Under the pieces are notes generated by a model, which saw only the letters and a program-made list of their open reading frames with translations, had not been told where the DNA came from and ran no database searches. A program made the translations under genes and the position numbers. Positions 18,022-27,632 of a DNA stretch of 64,000 nucleotides are shown here, in pieces; position 1 is the first letter of the stretch; every line of letters starts with the position of its first letter. This stretch comes from Candidatus Anderseniibacteriota bacterium. Lineage in GTDB: Bacteria > Patescibacteriota > Andersenbacteria > UBA10190. The stretch is taken from contig JAIOOW010000002.1 in the NCBI GenBank assembly GCA_021414205.1, positions 215,062-279,061 of the forward strand, given 5' to 3'.

Positions 18022-19644
18022 ATGTCCCTTCAAGAAGATTTGCAACGTATCATGCATGGCGAAGTTGCAGTTGACGAAACGGCAAAAAATGCAGCTAGCC
18101 GCGACACGAGCCTATTCCAAGTGCAACCTTCCGCAGTAGTTCACCCGATGAATGTGCACGACGTGTGCGAATTAGTGACATATGCAAACACTCACGAAAA
18201 TGTTTCTCTTACTGCTCGAAGCGCCGGAACGGATATGACCGGCGGTCCGCTTTCCAATGGAATTATCCTAGACATGACAACGCACTTCACTCGCATCGGT
18301 GAGATACACGGCGCTTCTATTACGGTTGAGCCAGGCGTGTATTACCGAGATCTAGAAAAAAAGACTTCAGAAAAAAACTTGGAACTGCCATCCTACCCCG
18401 CATCAAAAGAACTATGCACTGTGGGCGGAATGGTAAATAATAATTCCGGCGGAGAAAAGACTCTTCAGTACGGCAAGACTGATAGATACATTCAAGAGCT
18501 TTCTATTGTATTGTCTGACGGCAATGAATACAAATTAAGTCCTCTTACTACATCAGAATTAGATGTTGCGATGAAGCAGCAGGATTTTTTGGGTCAAGTA
18601 TATAGAGACGTGTACGAATTGCTAGAAAAAAATTACGATGCAATCCAAACGGCAAAACCACATGTATCTAAAAACTCTGCAGGATACGCGCTCTGGAATG
18701 TATGGGACAAAAAAACATTCGACCTCACAAAACTATTCGCGGGCTCCCAAGGAACGCTCGGCATAACAACAGAAATTCAATTCGGACTCGTTCGCCCAAA
18801 GAAGCATGCCGTTATGCTCGTACTCTTTTTACGTTCACTGGAACCGCTCGCAGAACTCACGAACCATATTTTAAAGTATCAGCCAGAAAGCTTTGAATCA
18901 TACGACGACCACACGCTTTCTGTGGCGCTCAGACTCTTCCCCAGCTTTGTAAGAAAATTAAAAACAAATGCATTCGCACTAGGGCTGCAGTTCCTCCCGG
19001 AATTCATGATGATGCTGAGAGGCGGACTTCCAAAATTGATTATTATGGCAGAATTCACGGGCGATGATGAAGACGAAGTAGTGCTCCGCGCGCAAAATGC
19101 GCAAAGTGCCGTTGCGAAATTCAACGTTCAATCAAGAATTGCCGTCAGTCAGCAAGAACAGGATAAATACTGGACCATTCGACGAGAAAGCTTTAACCTC
19201 TTGCGCCACCATGTGCAGGGTAAGCACACGGCACCGTTTATAGATGATTGTATTGTGGAGCCGAAATACTTGCCGGAATTCTTGCCGAAGCTTGCGGCTA
19301 TTTTAAACAAATATAACTTAGACTATACAATCGCTGGCCACGTCGGTGATGGAAATTTTCATATTATTCCGCTCATGGACTTACGCGATGAAAAGCAGAA
19401 AGCAATTATTCCGAAAGCGTCCAAAGAAGTATACGACTTGGTATTTTTATTCCACGGATCTTCAACTGCGGAACATAACGACGGATTAATCAGAAGTCAT
19501 TTATTACCGCAAATGTACGGGGAAGAAATCTACAGTTTATTTGAGGAAACAAAAAAGATATTCGATCCAAAAAATATTTTCAACCCGGGCAAAAAAGTAA
19601 ACTCAGATTGGAAATACGCGCAATCGAAAATAACGGCGTATTAA
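18022..19644 (+). CDS. FAD-binding oxidoreductase (FAD-linked oxidase, GlcD/D-lactate dehydrogenase family)
   Basis: FAD_binding_4-like N-domain (ARSAGTDMTGG, CTVGGMVNNNSGG); ATG at 18022 sits 6 nt after a TGCTATACT -10 (track ORF extends to 17974). Confidence 0.8.
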   Translation: MSLQEDLQRIMHGEVAVDETAKNAASRDTSLFQVQPSAVVHPMNVHDVCELVTYANTHENVSLTARSAGTDMTGGPLSNGIILDMTTHFTRIGEIHGASITVEPGVYYRDLEKKTSEKNLELPSYPASKELCTVGGMVNNNSGGEKTLQYGKTDRYIQELSIVLSDGNEYKLSPLTTSELDVAMKQQDFLGQVYRDVYELLEKNYDAIQTAKPHVSKNSAGYALWNVWDKKTFDLTKLFAGSQGTLGITTEIQFGLVRPKKHAVMLVLFLRSLEPLAELTNHILKYQPESFESYDDHTLSVALRLFPSFVRKLKTNAFALGLQFLPEFMMMLRGGLPKLIIMAEFTGDDEDEVVLRAQNAQSAVAKFNVQSRIAVSQQEQDKYWTIRRESFNLLRHHVQGKHTAPFIDDCIVEPKYLPEFLPKLAAILNKYNLDYTIAGHVGDGNFHIIPLMDLRDEKQKAIIPKASKEVYDLVFLFHGSSTAEHNDGLIRSHLLPQMYGEEIYSLFEETKKIFDPKNIFNPGKKVNSDWKYAQSKITAY

Positions 19645-22600
19645 TTACAATATTCGCAGTCTTTTTTGTGGCAGCCCGTCGCAGGGTCCATGAAGCTCAA
19701 ATTTTGAATTTCTTGCCATACTCGCTGGATAGTTTCTGTAAGATTTTTCGTATCCTCTTCCGTAATTTCAATCTTCTTTTTGACATAGCCTTTTTTCGAT
19801 GGCTCAACAAAGTCAATTTCACCACTCTTCATCGTATATCCGAACTGCTTGGCGTTATCGCATAAGAGCTTATAAAAAATCATTTGGCGCGCATAATTGC
19901 CGTCCTTTTTTACCTTTTGATACCACTTATCCGAATCCCCTGTTTTATAATCCACGACGTTGATCAGTTTATTTTGCTCATCCAGAATTTCAATTTTATC
20001 TAATTTGCCCGTAACTGGAACATCACCGATCATCACATGATATTTCTTGAAATTATGCTCAGTTAAAACATTGGAAAATAAATTATCTTTATAATGGTCA
20101 ACATATCCCATAATCGCCCTGTTCCCGCGAGATAAAATTTCATTAAAATCTGTTTCTGACATTGGCTCATGCCTCAAGTATTTTTCAAATAATTGCTGAA
20201 GCATAGAGCTATCCGGCACCGGCTTTCCTTGATGAAGCATTTCAAATACGTCGCGCAACGTATCGTGCAGGGCGCTTCCAAGCATCAAGCTTCTTGTTTT
20301 CATCGATGGAATTTGCAGAATATTTCTCCAGTAGAATTTCTGGGTGCATTCCAAATAATTATTCAAATGGGTAACAGACATGACATAGTTACCAAGCTGC
20401 GACTTAATGTATGCTTTTGCATCTTCTGAAACCGGCCCCCGCTCTTCAGCAATCAACGTTTCAAGTAGCCTATTTTCCTGCATTTCCGGAGTTTCTTCGT
20501 ACTTGATTTCAGAAATATATTCTTTCGGAATTTCAGAAAGAAAAATACTCGGAACAGTTTCCTTTCCTGTTGCAGAATGGCTCGACCTGGTCAGTGTCAC
20601 CGTCTGCATTGCGCGCGTAAGCGCTACATAAAACAATCTGCGCTCATCCTCGTTCCGATCGTTTTTAAATACAAAATCATACTTCACCAATCCTTCGGGC
20701 AAGCTCACTCCTGCGCGCTTTTTCGGATTTCCCCAATGCTTGTCATTCATCTTCATCACAAACACGTGCAGCCACTCAAGCCCCTTTGCCTTATGAGCAG
20801 ACATTAAATGCACCGCACCGACACCGCCTTCCCACTGCGGAGTAAGTAAGTCGATATCATGATGTTGCAAAAACGAAAGGTGCTGTACAAAGTCCTGGAC
20901 AGAATATCCCACATGAACACTGGCAAGCTCTTTTGCCTCGTTTAAAAATCGCTTCATCGCACGCAACTCAATAACAGCATCTTTTTTCCCCATCACAAGA
21001 CCCATCCATTTCGTTTCTTTAATAACGTGTTCCAAAAATGCCATCACAGACATGTTCGTACATTCTTGCGAAAATTCTGCCAACTGCGTCGAAAAAGCAA
21101 GAAATGCTTCCGGGTTCCCAACTTCTGCGTTTGCAAGATGAGCCTTACTAGAAATGGCGCTATATAAAGATATGTATTGGCGGCCTGAATAATGAATTAT
21201 TTTCAATGTATCCACAACATCCAAATTCCACCACGTATACTGAATAATCCTGGCAAGCAGTTCATCCCGCCCAGAAACTAACCACTCAAGCAATACCGCC
21301 CACTGGCGCACCGCAGGAACATCGAAAATATTTTCTCCCATCTCTATTCTTGCAGGAATATTCATCGTCCGAAGCGTATGCAACAACGAATTTCCGTCCG
21401 CATTATATCGATACAGCACAGCAATATCTTCCGGCTTTGCGCCATTTTCTATAAGCGTTCTGATTTTTTGCCCTATTACAAATTCCTCCTGATCTTGGGA
21501 CTCTGTAGTAATACCGTCAATATTTTTTTCCGGTATTTGCCTTCCTGGAAGCAGCTGCTCAATGATCCCGGGGATATGCGCTTTGAGAGATTCTGCATTA
21601 TGGGAAATAAGCGCTCCGGATGCGTCTATAACTTTTTTCTGACTCCTGTAATTTTCAGTAAGAGAAATAACTGTAATGGCGCGCTTGTATCGCTCATAAA
21701 ACGACAGCATGTTTGCAAGTGATGCTCCTTGAAATCGATAAATAGACTGCTTATCATCGCCCACTACGAACATATTCGGCGCGTCATCGAACGAACCAAG
21801 CAGTTCAACGATTTCATTTTGCCCGCCGTTCGTATCCTGATATTCATCCACTAAAATATATTGAAACTGCTCCTGATAATCGGCGAGAAGATCGGGATTT
21901 TTTTTCAACTCTGCAACGCAGCGAGAAATCATATCTTCATAGTCATACATACCGCTTTCCGCCAATTTTTCTTCATACTTTTTATACACCTCTGCAAGCG
22001 CACGATTTCGATTCAGATTTTTTGATTCGCCTTCAAACCATTTCTTTACTGCATTTTTAAGCTGCGTTCTTGCCTTGCTTTGGTCGCGCACAGAATCACT
22101 TGCGGCATACTGTTCTTCGTATTGTACGAATATTTGATCAACAGCATATGCGACAGATTTTTGAACATTTGCTCGCGCAAACCCATCCTGAAAAGCTACT
22201 CGCAATTGCTCGCACGCCTCATGCGTTCGTAACTTTGGCGTCAATCCAAAAAAAGCCCCTGCATTATCTTGAATATCCTGAAAAAATACTTCTAGAGCAT
22301 CTAGCACTCCCACAAATGCCTCGGGGGAAATATCTTCCTGCTTTAATTCTCCAATCGTTTTCGTGACGTCGCTAAAATATAAATAGGGAGCATAAAACGG
22401 TTTCAAGGGACTGCCTTCCGGCAACATGTCTACTATAGCTTGAAATATCTCTACCTTTTCAGCATCAGATACTAAACGCCACGTATCTCCTTTTGCAAAG
22501 ATTTCAGGATGATCCTGCAAAATTTCATTGCAAAACGAATGGAATGTATGAATGCGAACATAGTATGCAGGCGTTCCGATAATAGAAAGGAGGCGGCTAC

Positions 22601-22793
22601 GCATAGCAGCAACACCAGACTCCGTAAACGTCAGACATAAAATATTCCACGGGTCCATTTGCGTTTGCTGCAAAATATTCGCAATACGCATTGCCAATGT
22701 CTGAGTCTTGCCTGTTCCCGGACCCGCAAGGACCATCACGGGCCCCTCTATGGTACTAACGGCGAGTTGTTGGGCGGGGTTGAGATCGGGCAT
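19641..22793 (-). CDS. UvrD/PcrA-family helicase fused to a C-terminal Cas4/AddB-like PD-(D/E)XK Fe-S nuclease domain
   Basis: AGPGTGKT Walker A, UvrD motifs; C-terminal VVDYKTG and four Cys (C...C-x4-C-x2-C). Confidence 0.85.
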   Translation of the reverse strand: MPDLNPAQQLAVSTIEGPVMVLAGPGTGKTQTLAMRIANILQQTQMDPWNILCLTFTESGVAAMRSRLLSIIGTPAYYVRIHTFHSFCNEILQDHPEIFAKGDTWRLVSDAEKVEIFQAIVDMLPEGSPLKPFYAPYLYFSDVTKTIGELKQEDISPEAFVGVLDALEVFFQDIQDNAGAFFGLTPKLRTHEACEQLRVAFQDGFARANVQKSVAYAVDQIFVQYEEQYAASDSVRDQSKARTQLKNAVKKWFEGESKNLNRNRALAEVYKKYEEKLAESGMYDYEDMISRCVAELKKNPDLLADYQEQFQYILVDEYQDTNGGQNEIVELLGSFDDAPNMFVVGDDKQSIYRFQGASLANMLSFYERYKRAITVISLTENYRSQKKVIDASGALISHNAESLKAHIPGIIEQLLPGRQIPEKNIDGITTESQDQEEFVIGQKIRTLIENGAKPEDIAVLYRYNADGNSLLHTLRTMNIPARIEMGENIFDVPAVRQWAVLLEWLVSGRDELLARIIQYTWWNLDVVDTLKIIHYSGRQYISLYSAISSKAHLANAEVGNPEAFLAFSTQLAEFSQECTNMSVMAFLEHVIKETKWMGLVMGKKDAVIELRAMKRFLNEAKELASVHVGYSVQDFVQHLSFLQHHDIDLLTPQWEGGVGAVHLMSAHKAKGLEWLHVFVMKMNDKHWGNPKKRAGVSLPEGLVKYDFVFKNDRNEDERRLFYVALTRAMQTVTLTRSSHSATGKETVPSIFLSEIPKEYISEIKYEETPEMQENRLLETLIAEERGPVSEDAKAYIKSQLGNYVMSVTHLNNYLECTQKFYWRNILQIPSMKTRSLMLGSALHDTLRDVFEMLHQGKPVPDSSMLQQLFEKYLRHEPMSETDFNEILSRGNRAIMGYVDHYKDNLFSNVLTEHNFKKYHVMIGDVPVTGKLDKIEILDEQNKLINVVDYKTGDSDKWYQKVKKDGNYARQMIFYKLLCDNAKQFGYTMKSGEIDFVEPSKKGYVKKKIEITEEDTKNLTETIQRVWQEIQNLSFMDPATGCHKKDCEYCN

Positions 22794-23481
22794 ACAAAAA
22801 CAGTAGCACGCCGATTGCAAAAACTGGAATAGTTAAAAATTGCCCCCGCGTAAGACCGATCGTATAGGGCCATTCTTGCACACGAAGATATTCTAAGAAA
22901 AATCTTGAGACGCTATAGACGACCAAGAAGGTCGCGATAACGAATCCTTGCTTACTTCCTTTTCGAAGCATTACGTAGCATATAATAGCCGTCACAAGCA
23001 TTGCACCAATATCCCAAAACGCATCATAGCCTCTGTATAATTCCTGATTGATAAAATTTCCAAACCTACCGAGCGCCAACCCAATCGCTACCGGAACAGT
23101 GATAATGTCAGCAATGGCAAAAATATCCACCTTTTCTTTTTTTACCCACAACCATATAGCAACAGCGACTCCAATAAATCCTCCGTGAGAGCTCATCCCC
23201 CCAAGCCATATTGCAAATACATACAACGAATGGGAAATAAAAAAACCTGGCTCGTAGAATACTGCATATCCAAGCCTCCCGCCAATCAGTACACCTAACG
23301 CTCCATAGACTATTAACCAAGTATAACTATCACGAGAAATGTTTAAACCTCGCAATCTCCCTAAATAGGGCAACAGGGCGTACGCAATCCAAAATGCAGC
23401 AGCATACATAATGCCATACCAATGGATAGCAAATTGTCCGAACGAAATAGCTATCGTTCGCGATGGGAAAAACTCGATCAT
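22756..23481 (-). CDS. lgt: prolipoprotein diacylglyceryl transferase
   Basis: GGMSSHGG and GRFGNFINQELYG Lgt signatures. Confidence 0.85.
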   Translation of the reverse strand: MIEFFPSRTIAISFGQFAIHWYGIMYAAAFWIAYALLPYLGRLRGLNISRDSYTWLIVYGALGVLIGGRLGYAVFYEPGFFISHSLYVFAIWLGGMSSHGGFIGVAVAIWLWVKKEKVDIFAIADIITVPVAIGLALGRFGNFINQELYRGYDAFWDIGAMLVTAIICYVMLRKGSKQGFVIATFLVVYSVSRFFLEYLRVQEWPYTIGLTRGQFLTIPVFAIGVLLFLYARSQPRPTTRR

Positions 23482-23487
23482 ATTTCT

Positions 23488-24522
23488 TTATATCCCAAAC
23501 TGAGCTTTTTCCTGAGGAGGAACAAGTTGGATACGATGCTTTGCAAATAAATGGATGATATTTAAAATGATTTCTTGGCGCGCGACGAGATACACATCAA
23601 AATCACGATCATCAATAATATAGACAAGCTCGAACATAATCGCCTTAGTCCCCATCTCTACTAAAAAGGCGCTCTTGCACGCTGCATGATCAACCGCGCT
23701 AACGCTCTCTTCGAGAATGCCAGGAATTTTTGCAAGCGTTTTTGCGTCGGTACCGTATGGCACTGCAATATTCATCACAGAACGACGCTCTTTCATCCTC
23801 CTGAAATTACTAATGCGCGCAGCAGAAATATCCTTGTTCGGGATGCTCACTTCCTCTCCTGAAAGCGCCCTAATCCTAGTCGTTTTAATGCCGATTTTTT
23901 GCACTGTTCCGCTATTCCCACCCACCACAATATAATCCCCAATCACGAATGGCTTATCAAAGAATATTGCAATGGAGCTGAATAAATCTCCTAAAATATT
24001 CTGCGCAGCAAGCGCAATCGCAATTCCCCCGATTCCTAGGCCAGCAATTAAAGATGTGATATTTACTCCAAAATTCGAAAGGACGAATAATAATGCCGTC
24101 AGCCATAACGCAATTTTAATAATTCCCGATAAGATGCCTGAAACCATCGCGCTTCCAGCTTTTGTATTCGTGCGCACCTTTTCTGAAATAATAAAATCTA
24201 TAAAAATCTGAAACGCAATAATTGCCTGAATAATCGCCCAGATGATAAATACCTTATTGATAAGGGCGCTCGCAAAAGCGTCAACCCGTAAATACTGAAG
24301 CGCAAACACGAATGACGCAAACCAATAGAACGGCGCATTCACAGTTCCGATCATTTCTACGATAGCATCGTCAATTAATGTTCCCGATTTTTCTGCGAAT
24401 TTCTTACTGGATGCGAGAAGTCCCCTTTTTATAATCATCACACTGAGGGCAGCAATGGAAAATATCAACAATGCGACAGCATATTGAAACACCGTATTCC
24501 CCCAGTACGTTTCTATAGCCAT
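23488..24522 (-). CDS. mscS: small-conductance mechanosensitive channel (MscS family)
   Basis: TM region plus conserved MscS beta-domain (VQKIGIKTTRIRALSGEEVSIPN). Confidence 0.85.
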   Translation of the reverse strand: MAIETYWGNTVFQYAVALLIFSIAALSVMIIKRGLLASSKKFAEKSGTLIDDAIVEMIGTVNAPFYWFASFVFALQYLRVDAFASALINKVFIIWAIIQAIIAFQIFIDFIISEKVRTNTKAGSAMVSGILSGIIKIALWLTALLFVLSNFGVNITSLIAGLGIGGIAIALAAQNILGDLFSSIAIFFDKPFVIGDYIVVGGNSGTVQKIGIKTTRIRALSGEEVSIPNKDISAARISNFRRMKERRSVMNIAVPYGTDAKTLAKIPGILEESVSAVDHAACKSAFLVEMGTKAIMFELVYIIDDRDFDVYLVARQEIILNIIHLFAKHRIQLVPPQEKAQFGI

Positions 24523-24549
24523 ATATTGAGTATATGATACGATCGATAT

Positions 24550-25971
24550 ATGAACAACGTGCCATTATGCGTGGACTTAGACGGAACGCTCGTCCGAACA
24601 AACACATTACTCGAGACGACACTTATTACATTAAAAAAGAACCCGTTCTTTCTAATTTCCCTTGTAAAGGGGTTGCCCCGCGGCAAAGCATTCGTCAAAC
24701 GGCTCATTGGAAAACAATTTTCTACAGACCCGGCAACTTTGCCATACAATACCGAATTTCTCGACTGGATTAGGCAAGAGCGTGCAAATGGGCGAACGCT
24801 CATTCTCGCAACTGCAAGCGACGAATTAATCGCAAAAAAAATTGCTGACTATCTCGGAATATTTAGCGCCATCATTGCCAGCACGCCAGAAAAAAGCGTG
24901 ACAGCAGATGGAAAGGCACTGGTACTATGTGCGATGTACGGTTCTAGCAATTTTTCTTATGCCGGCAACTCCCATTCCGATTTATCCGTATGGAATTGCA
25001 GTAACAATGCCATACTAGTAGACGCACCAAACAATATAACTTCACAAATAAAAAAAGAAGTTCATATTGAAAAAGAATTCACAACACACACCGCGCCAAA
25101 ATTAAAAGTCATCGCAAAGACAATGCGCATTCATCAGTGGGTAAAAAATACGCTGTTATTCATACCAGCACTTGCTGCCCATGAATTATTTCAAACGCAC
25201 ACTGCAATTCAAGCGATCGTCGGCTTTTTATCATTCAGCTTACTTGCATCTGCCGTATATATTTTTAACGATATCACTGACATCCCTTCCGATAGAGCGC
25301 ATGCCACAAAGAAGTTCCGCCCTATTGCATCTGGCGCAATAGCAATCAAGCAAGCACTAGCACTCGGCGTAATCTGTTCCGTAGCAAGTATTGCCTTATC
25401 CCTACTGGCCCTCCCGATATCATTCCTCTTGATTCTTGCGATCTATCTTGGTATCAATATTTGCTATTCGCTATTCGCAAAGAAAATCGCATATCTCGAT
25501 ATTATTATCTTAGCCAGCTTATACGTACTTCGTGTGTTTGCGGGAAGCTTCGCCACAGGAATTGCAACATCAAAGTGGCTGTTCGTATGGACGCTTTTCT
25601 TCTTCTTAAGCCTGGCAATCATGAAGCGTGTTATTGAGTTGCTCAAGCACACAAAAGAAGAAAAACTGCATGGCAGAGGCTACCATAAAGCAGACAGATT
25701 AATCCTGGAGTATGCTGGCATTGCCTCGGCAAGCATTTCGGTCATCATTCTAGCTTTATATATTCATAGCCCATCGATATTCGTTCTCTATACATCCCCC
25801 GCATTACTGTGGGGCATGGTAGGCGTTGTCATGCTTTGGCTTGGGAGAATATGGACACTAGCCCTTCAAGGAGAACTTCCTGACGACCCGGTGTTATTTG
25901 CCGCTACGGACCCAATAAGCTATGGCGCTATATGCGTCATCATTGCAACCATGTTGCTTGCGTCCCACTAA
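24550..25971 (+). CDS. HAD-phosphatase / UbiA-prenyltransferase fusion (decaprenyl-phosphate phosphoribosyltransferase-like)
   Basis: N-terminal DLDGTL HAD motif I; C-terminal polytopic UbiA domain with NDITDIPSDRAHATKKFRPIASG (NDxxDxxxD). Confidence 0.8.
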   Translation: MNNVPLCVDLDGTLVRTNTLLETTLITLKKNPFFLISLVKGLPRGKAFVKRLIGKQFSTDPATLPYNTEFLDWIRQERANGRTLILATASDELIAKKIADYLGIFSAIIASTPEKSVTADGKALVLCAMYGSSNFSYAGNSHSDLSVWNCSNNAILVDAPNNITSQIKKEVHIEKEFTTHTAPKLKVIAKTMRIHQWVKNTLLFIPALAAHELFQTHTAIQAIVGFLSFSLLASAVYIFNDITDIPSDRAHATKKFRPIASGAIAIKQALALGVICSVASIALSLLALPISFLLILAIYLGINICYSLFAKKIAYLDIIILASLYVLRVFAGSFATGIATSKWLFVWTLFFFLSLAIMKRVIELLKHTKEEKLHGRGYHKADRLILEYAGIASASISVIILALYIHSPSIFVLYTSPALLWGMVGVVMLWLGRIWTLALQGELPDDPVLFAATDPISYGAICVIIATMLLASH

Positions 25972-26592
25972 TTGCCCCATACTAGCTATATGATATCGTT
26001 CACATTAGATAGCATCATCACCCTTATTCGAACGTACGGCTATGAGATTATTTTCCCGCTATCTATTATAGAAGGTCCTATTGTTGCGGTACTATCTGGC
26101 TTCATCGCATCACTGGGAAAATTAAATATATTCTTTGTATTCCTCGTACTACTGGCAGGAGATATTGTGGGGGATACTATACACTATGCGATTGGCAGAT
26201 GGGGACGCCACAACTTTATTAAAAAATGGGGAAAGTATATTGGCGTCACGGAAGAAAAAATACAGGCGCTGGAAAAATATTTCGAAAAACATAATTGGAA
26301 AATTCTTGCATTTGGAAAAACCCAGCCAATCGGATCCGCAATTCTTATTTCTGCCGGGCTTGCTGGCATGCCCTACTGGTCATACATCTGGTACAACATC
26401 TTAAGCACTATTCCCAAAATATTCATCTTAGAAATGATTGGGTACTACTTTGGCGACGCATACTACAAAATAAGCAGCCTATTAAGCTATGCAGGAGTCG
26501 CTTCTCTTATTATTGCAATCCTCTTTATCGGACTCTATCTGTGGTTCCAATCCTATCTCAAAAAAAGAGGTCCGAATATTGATAAGATATGA
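25972..26592 (+). CDS. DedA-family membrane protein
   Basis: SNARE-associated/DedA topology and motifs (EGPIVAV..GF, GKTQPIG). Confidence 0.8.
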   Translation: MPHTSYMISFTLDSIITLIRTYGYEIIFPLSIIEGPIVAVLSGFIASLGKLNIFFVFLVLLAGDIVGDTIHYAIGRWGRHNFIKKWGKYIGVTEEKIQALEKYFEKHNWKILAFGKTQPIGSAILISAGLAGMPYWSYIWYNILSTIPKIFILEMIGYYFGDAYYKISSLLSYAGVASLIIAILFIGLYLWFQSYLKKRGPNIDKI

Positions 26593-27632
26593 AAAAGCTG
26601 GTCATCGTCACAGACACATGGCATCCGCAGGTAAATGGGGTAGTAACATGCATTGAAAACATTCTGCCGTCCCTCGAAAAAAATAATTTCGAAGTTACTA
26701 TTATCCACCCAGGACTGTTTTGGACGGTGCCGCTGTTTTTCTATCCAGAAATCAGATTATCACCCATTCCATATAGAAAAATGAAAAAAATGCTCGCAGA
26801 ACTTGCGCCCGATTACATTCACATCATAACGGAAGGACCCCTTGGTCTTTCTGCCAGAATTTTATGCCAGCAAAAAGAATGGAAATTCACCACTTCGTAT
26901 CACACAAATTTTTCTCAATACATTCAAATGAGAATTGGGCCGTTATTTGGAACAGTGAACGCATACATCACCTGGTTCCATAATGCAGGAAGTACGACAA
27001 TGGTGGGAACAGACAGTCTTAAAAAGGAGCTTTCAGAGTATGGAGTAAAGAATATTTCAATTTGGCCGTTAGGCGTTGATACAAAACGCTTTACGAAAAA
27101 CGAGGATACGGCTCACATGCCAGACGAAATACAACATCTCGCAAAACCGATTTTTGCATATTTTGGCAGAGTTGCAGTTGAAAAGAACATTGAAGAATTC
27201 CTACAATTGACCCTACCAGGAACAAAGCTGGTCATTGGCGAAGGGCCCCAACAAGAATCTCTGCAAGAAAAATACCCAGACACCATCTTTACAGGATACA
27301 AACAAGGAAAAGATCTCATTGATTGGCTGTCACACTGCAATGTATTAGTATTCCCCTCTCTTACCGATACCTTCGGATTAGTTATCATCGAAGCGCTCGC
27401 AATGGGAATTCCAGTTGCGGCTCATGATGTTACCGGACCAAAAGACATCATCTCACAAGGCGTAGACGGCTACTTAGGCGACAATCTCGCACAAGCAGCC
27501 ATACAGTGCCTCAAGCTTAACCCGAGCGCTTGCAGACAAAAAGCAATGCAATACTCATGGGAACACTCTACTGAACAATTTATGAGCCATGTAGTACCCG
27601 CCCACGAACCGGAGACCGACGAGTTAACATAA
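26589..27632 (+). CDS. glycosyltransferase family 4 (GT-B)
   Basis: C-terminal FPSLTDTFGLVIIEALAMGIPV (EX7E-type motif). Confidence 0.8.
   Translation: MKKLVIVTDTWHPQVNGVVTCIENILPSLEKNNFEVTIIHPGLFWTVPLFFYPEIRLSPIPYRKMKKMLAELAPDYIHIITEGPLGLSARILCQQKEWKFTTSYHTNFSQYIQMRIGPLFGTVNAYITWFHNAGSTTMVGTDSLKKELSEYGVKNISIWPLGVDTKRFTKNEDTAHMPDEIQHLAKPIFAYFGRVAVEKNIEEFLQLTLPGTKLVIGEGPQQESLQEKYPDTIFTGYKQGKDLIDWLSHCNVLVFPSLTDTFGLVIIEALAMGIPVAAHDVTGPKDIISQGVDGYLGDNLAQAAIQCLKLNPSACRQKAMQYSWEHSTEQFMSHVVPAHEPETDELT

Noticed and set aside
19641-22820. Calling the helicase-nuclease a defined anti-phage defense system
   Set aside because: The domain architecture is equally compatible with AddA/AdnB-like repair, and there is no neighbouring defense gene, methylase or mobile-element context; kept only as a hypothesis.
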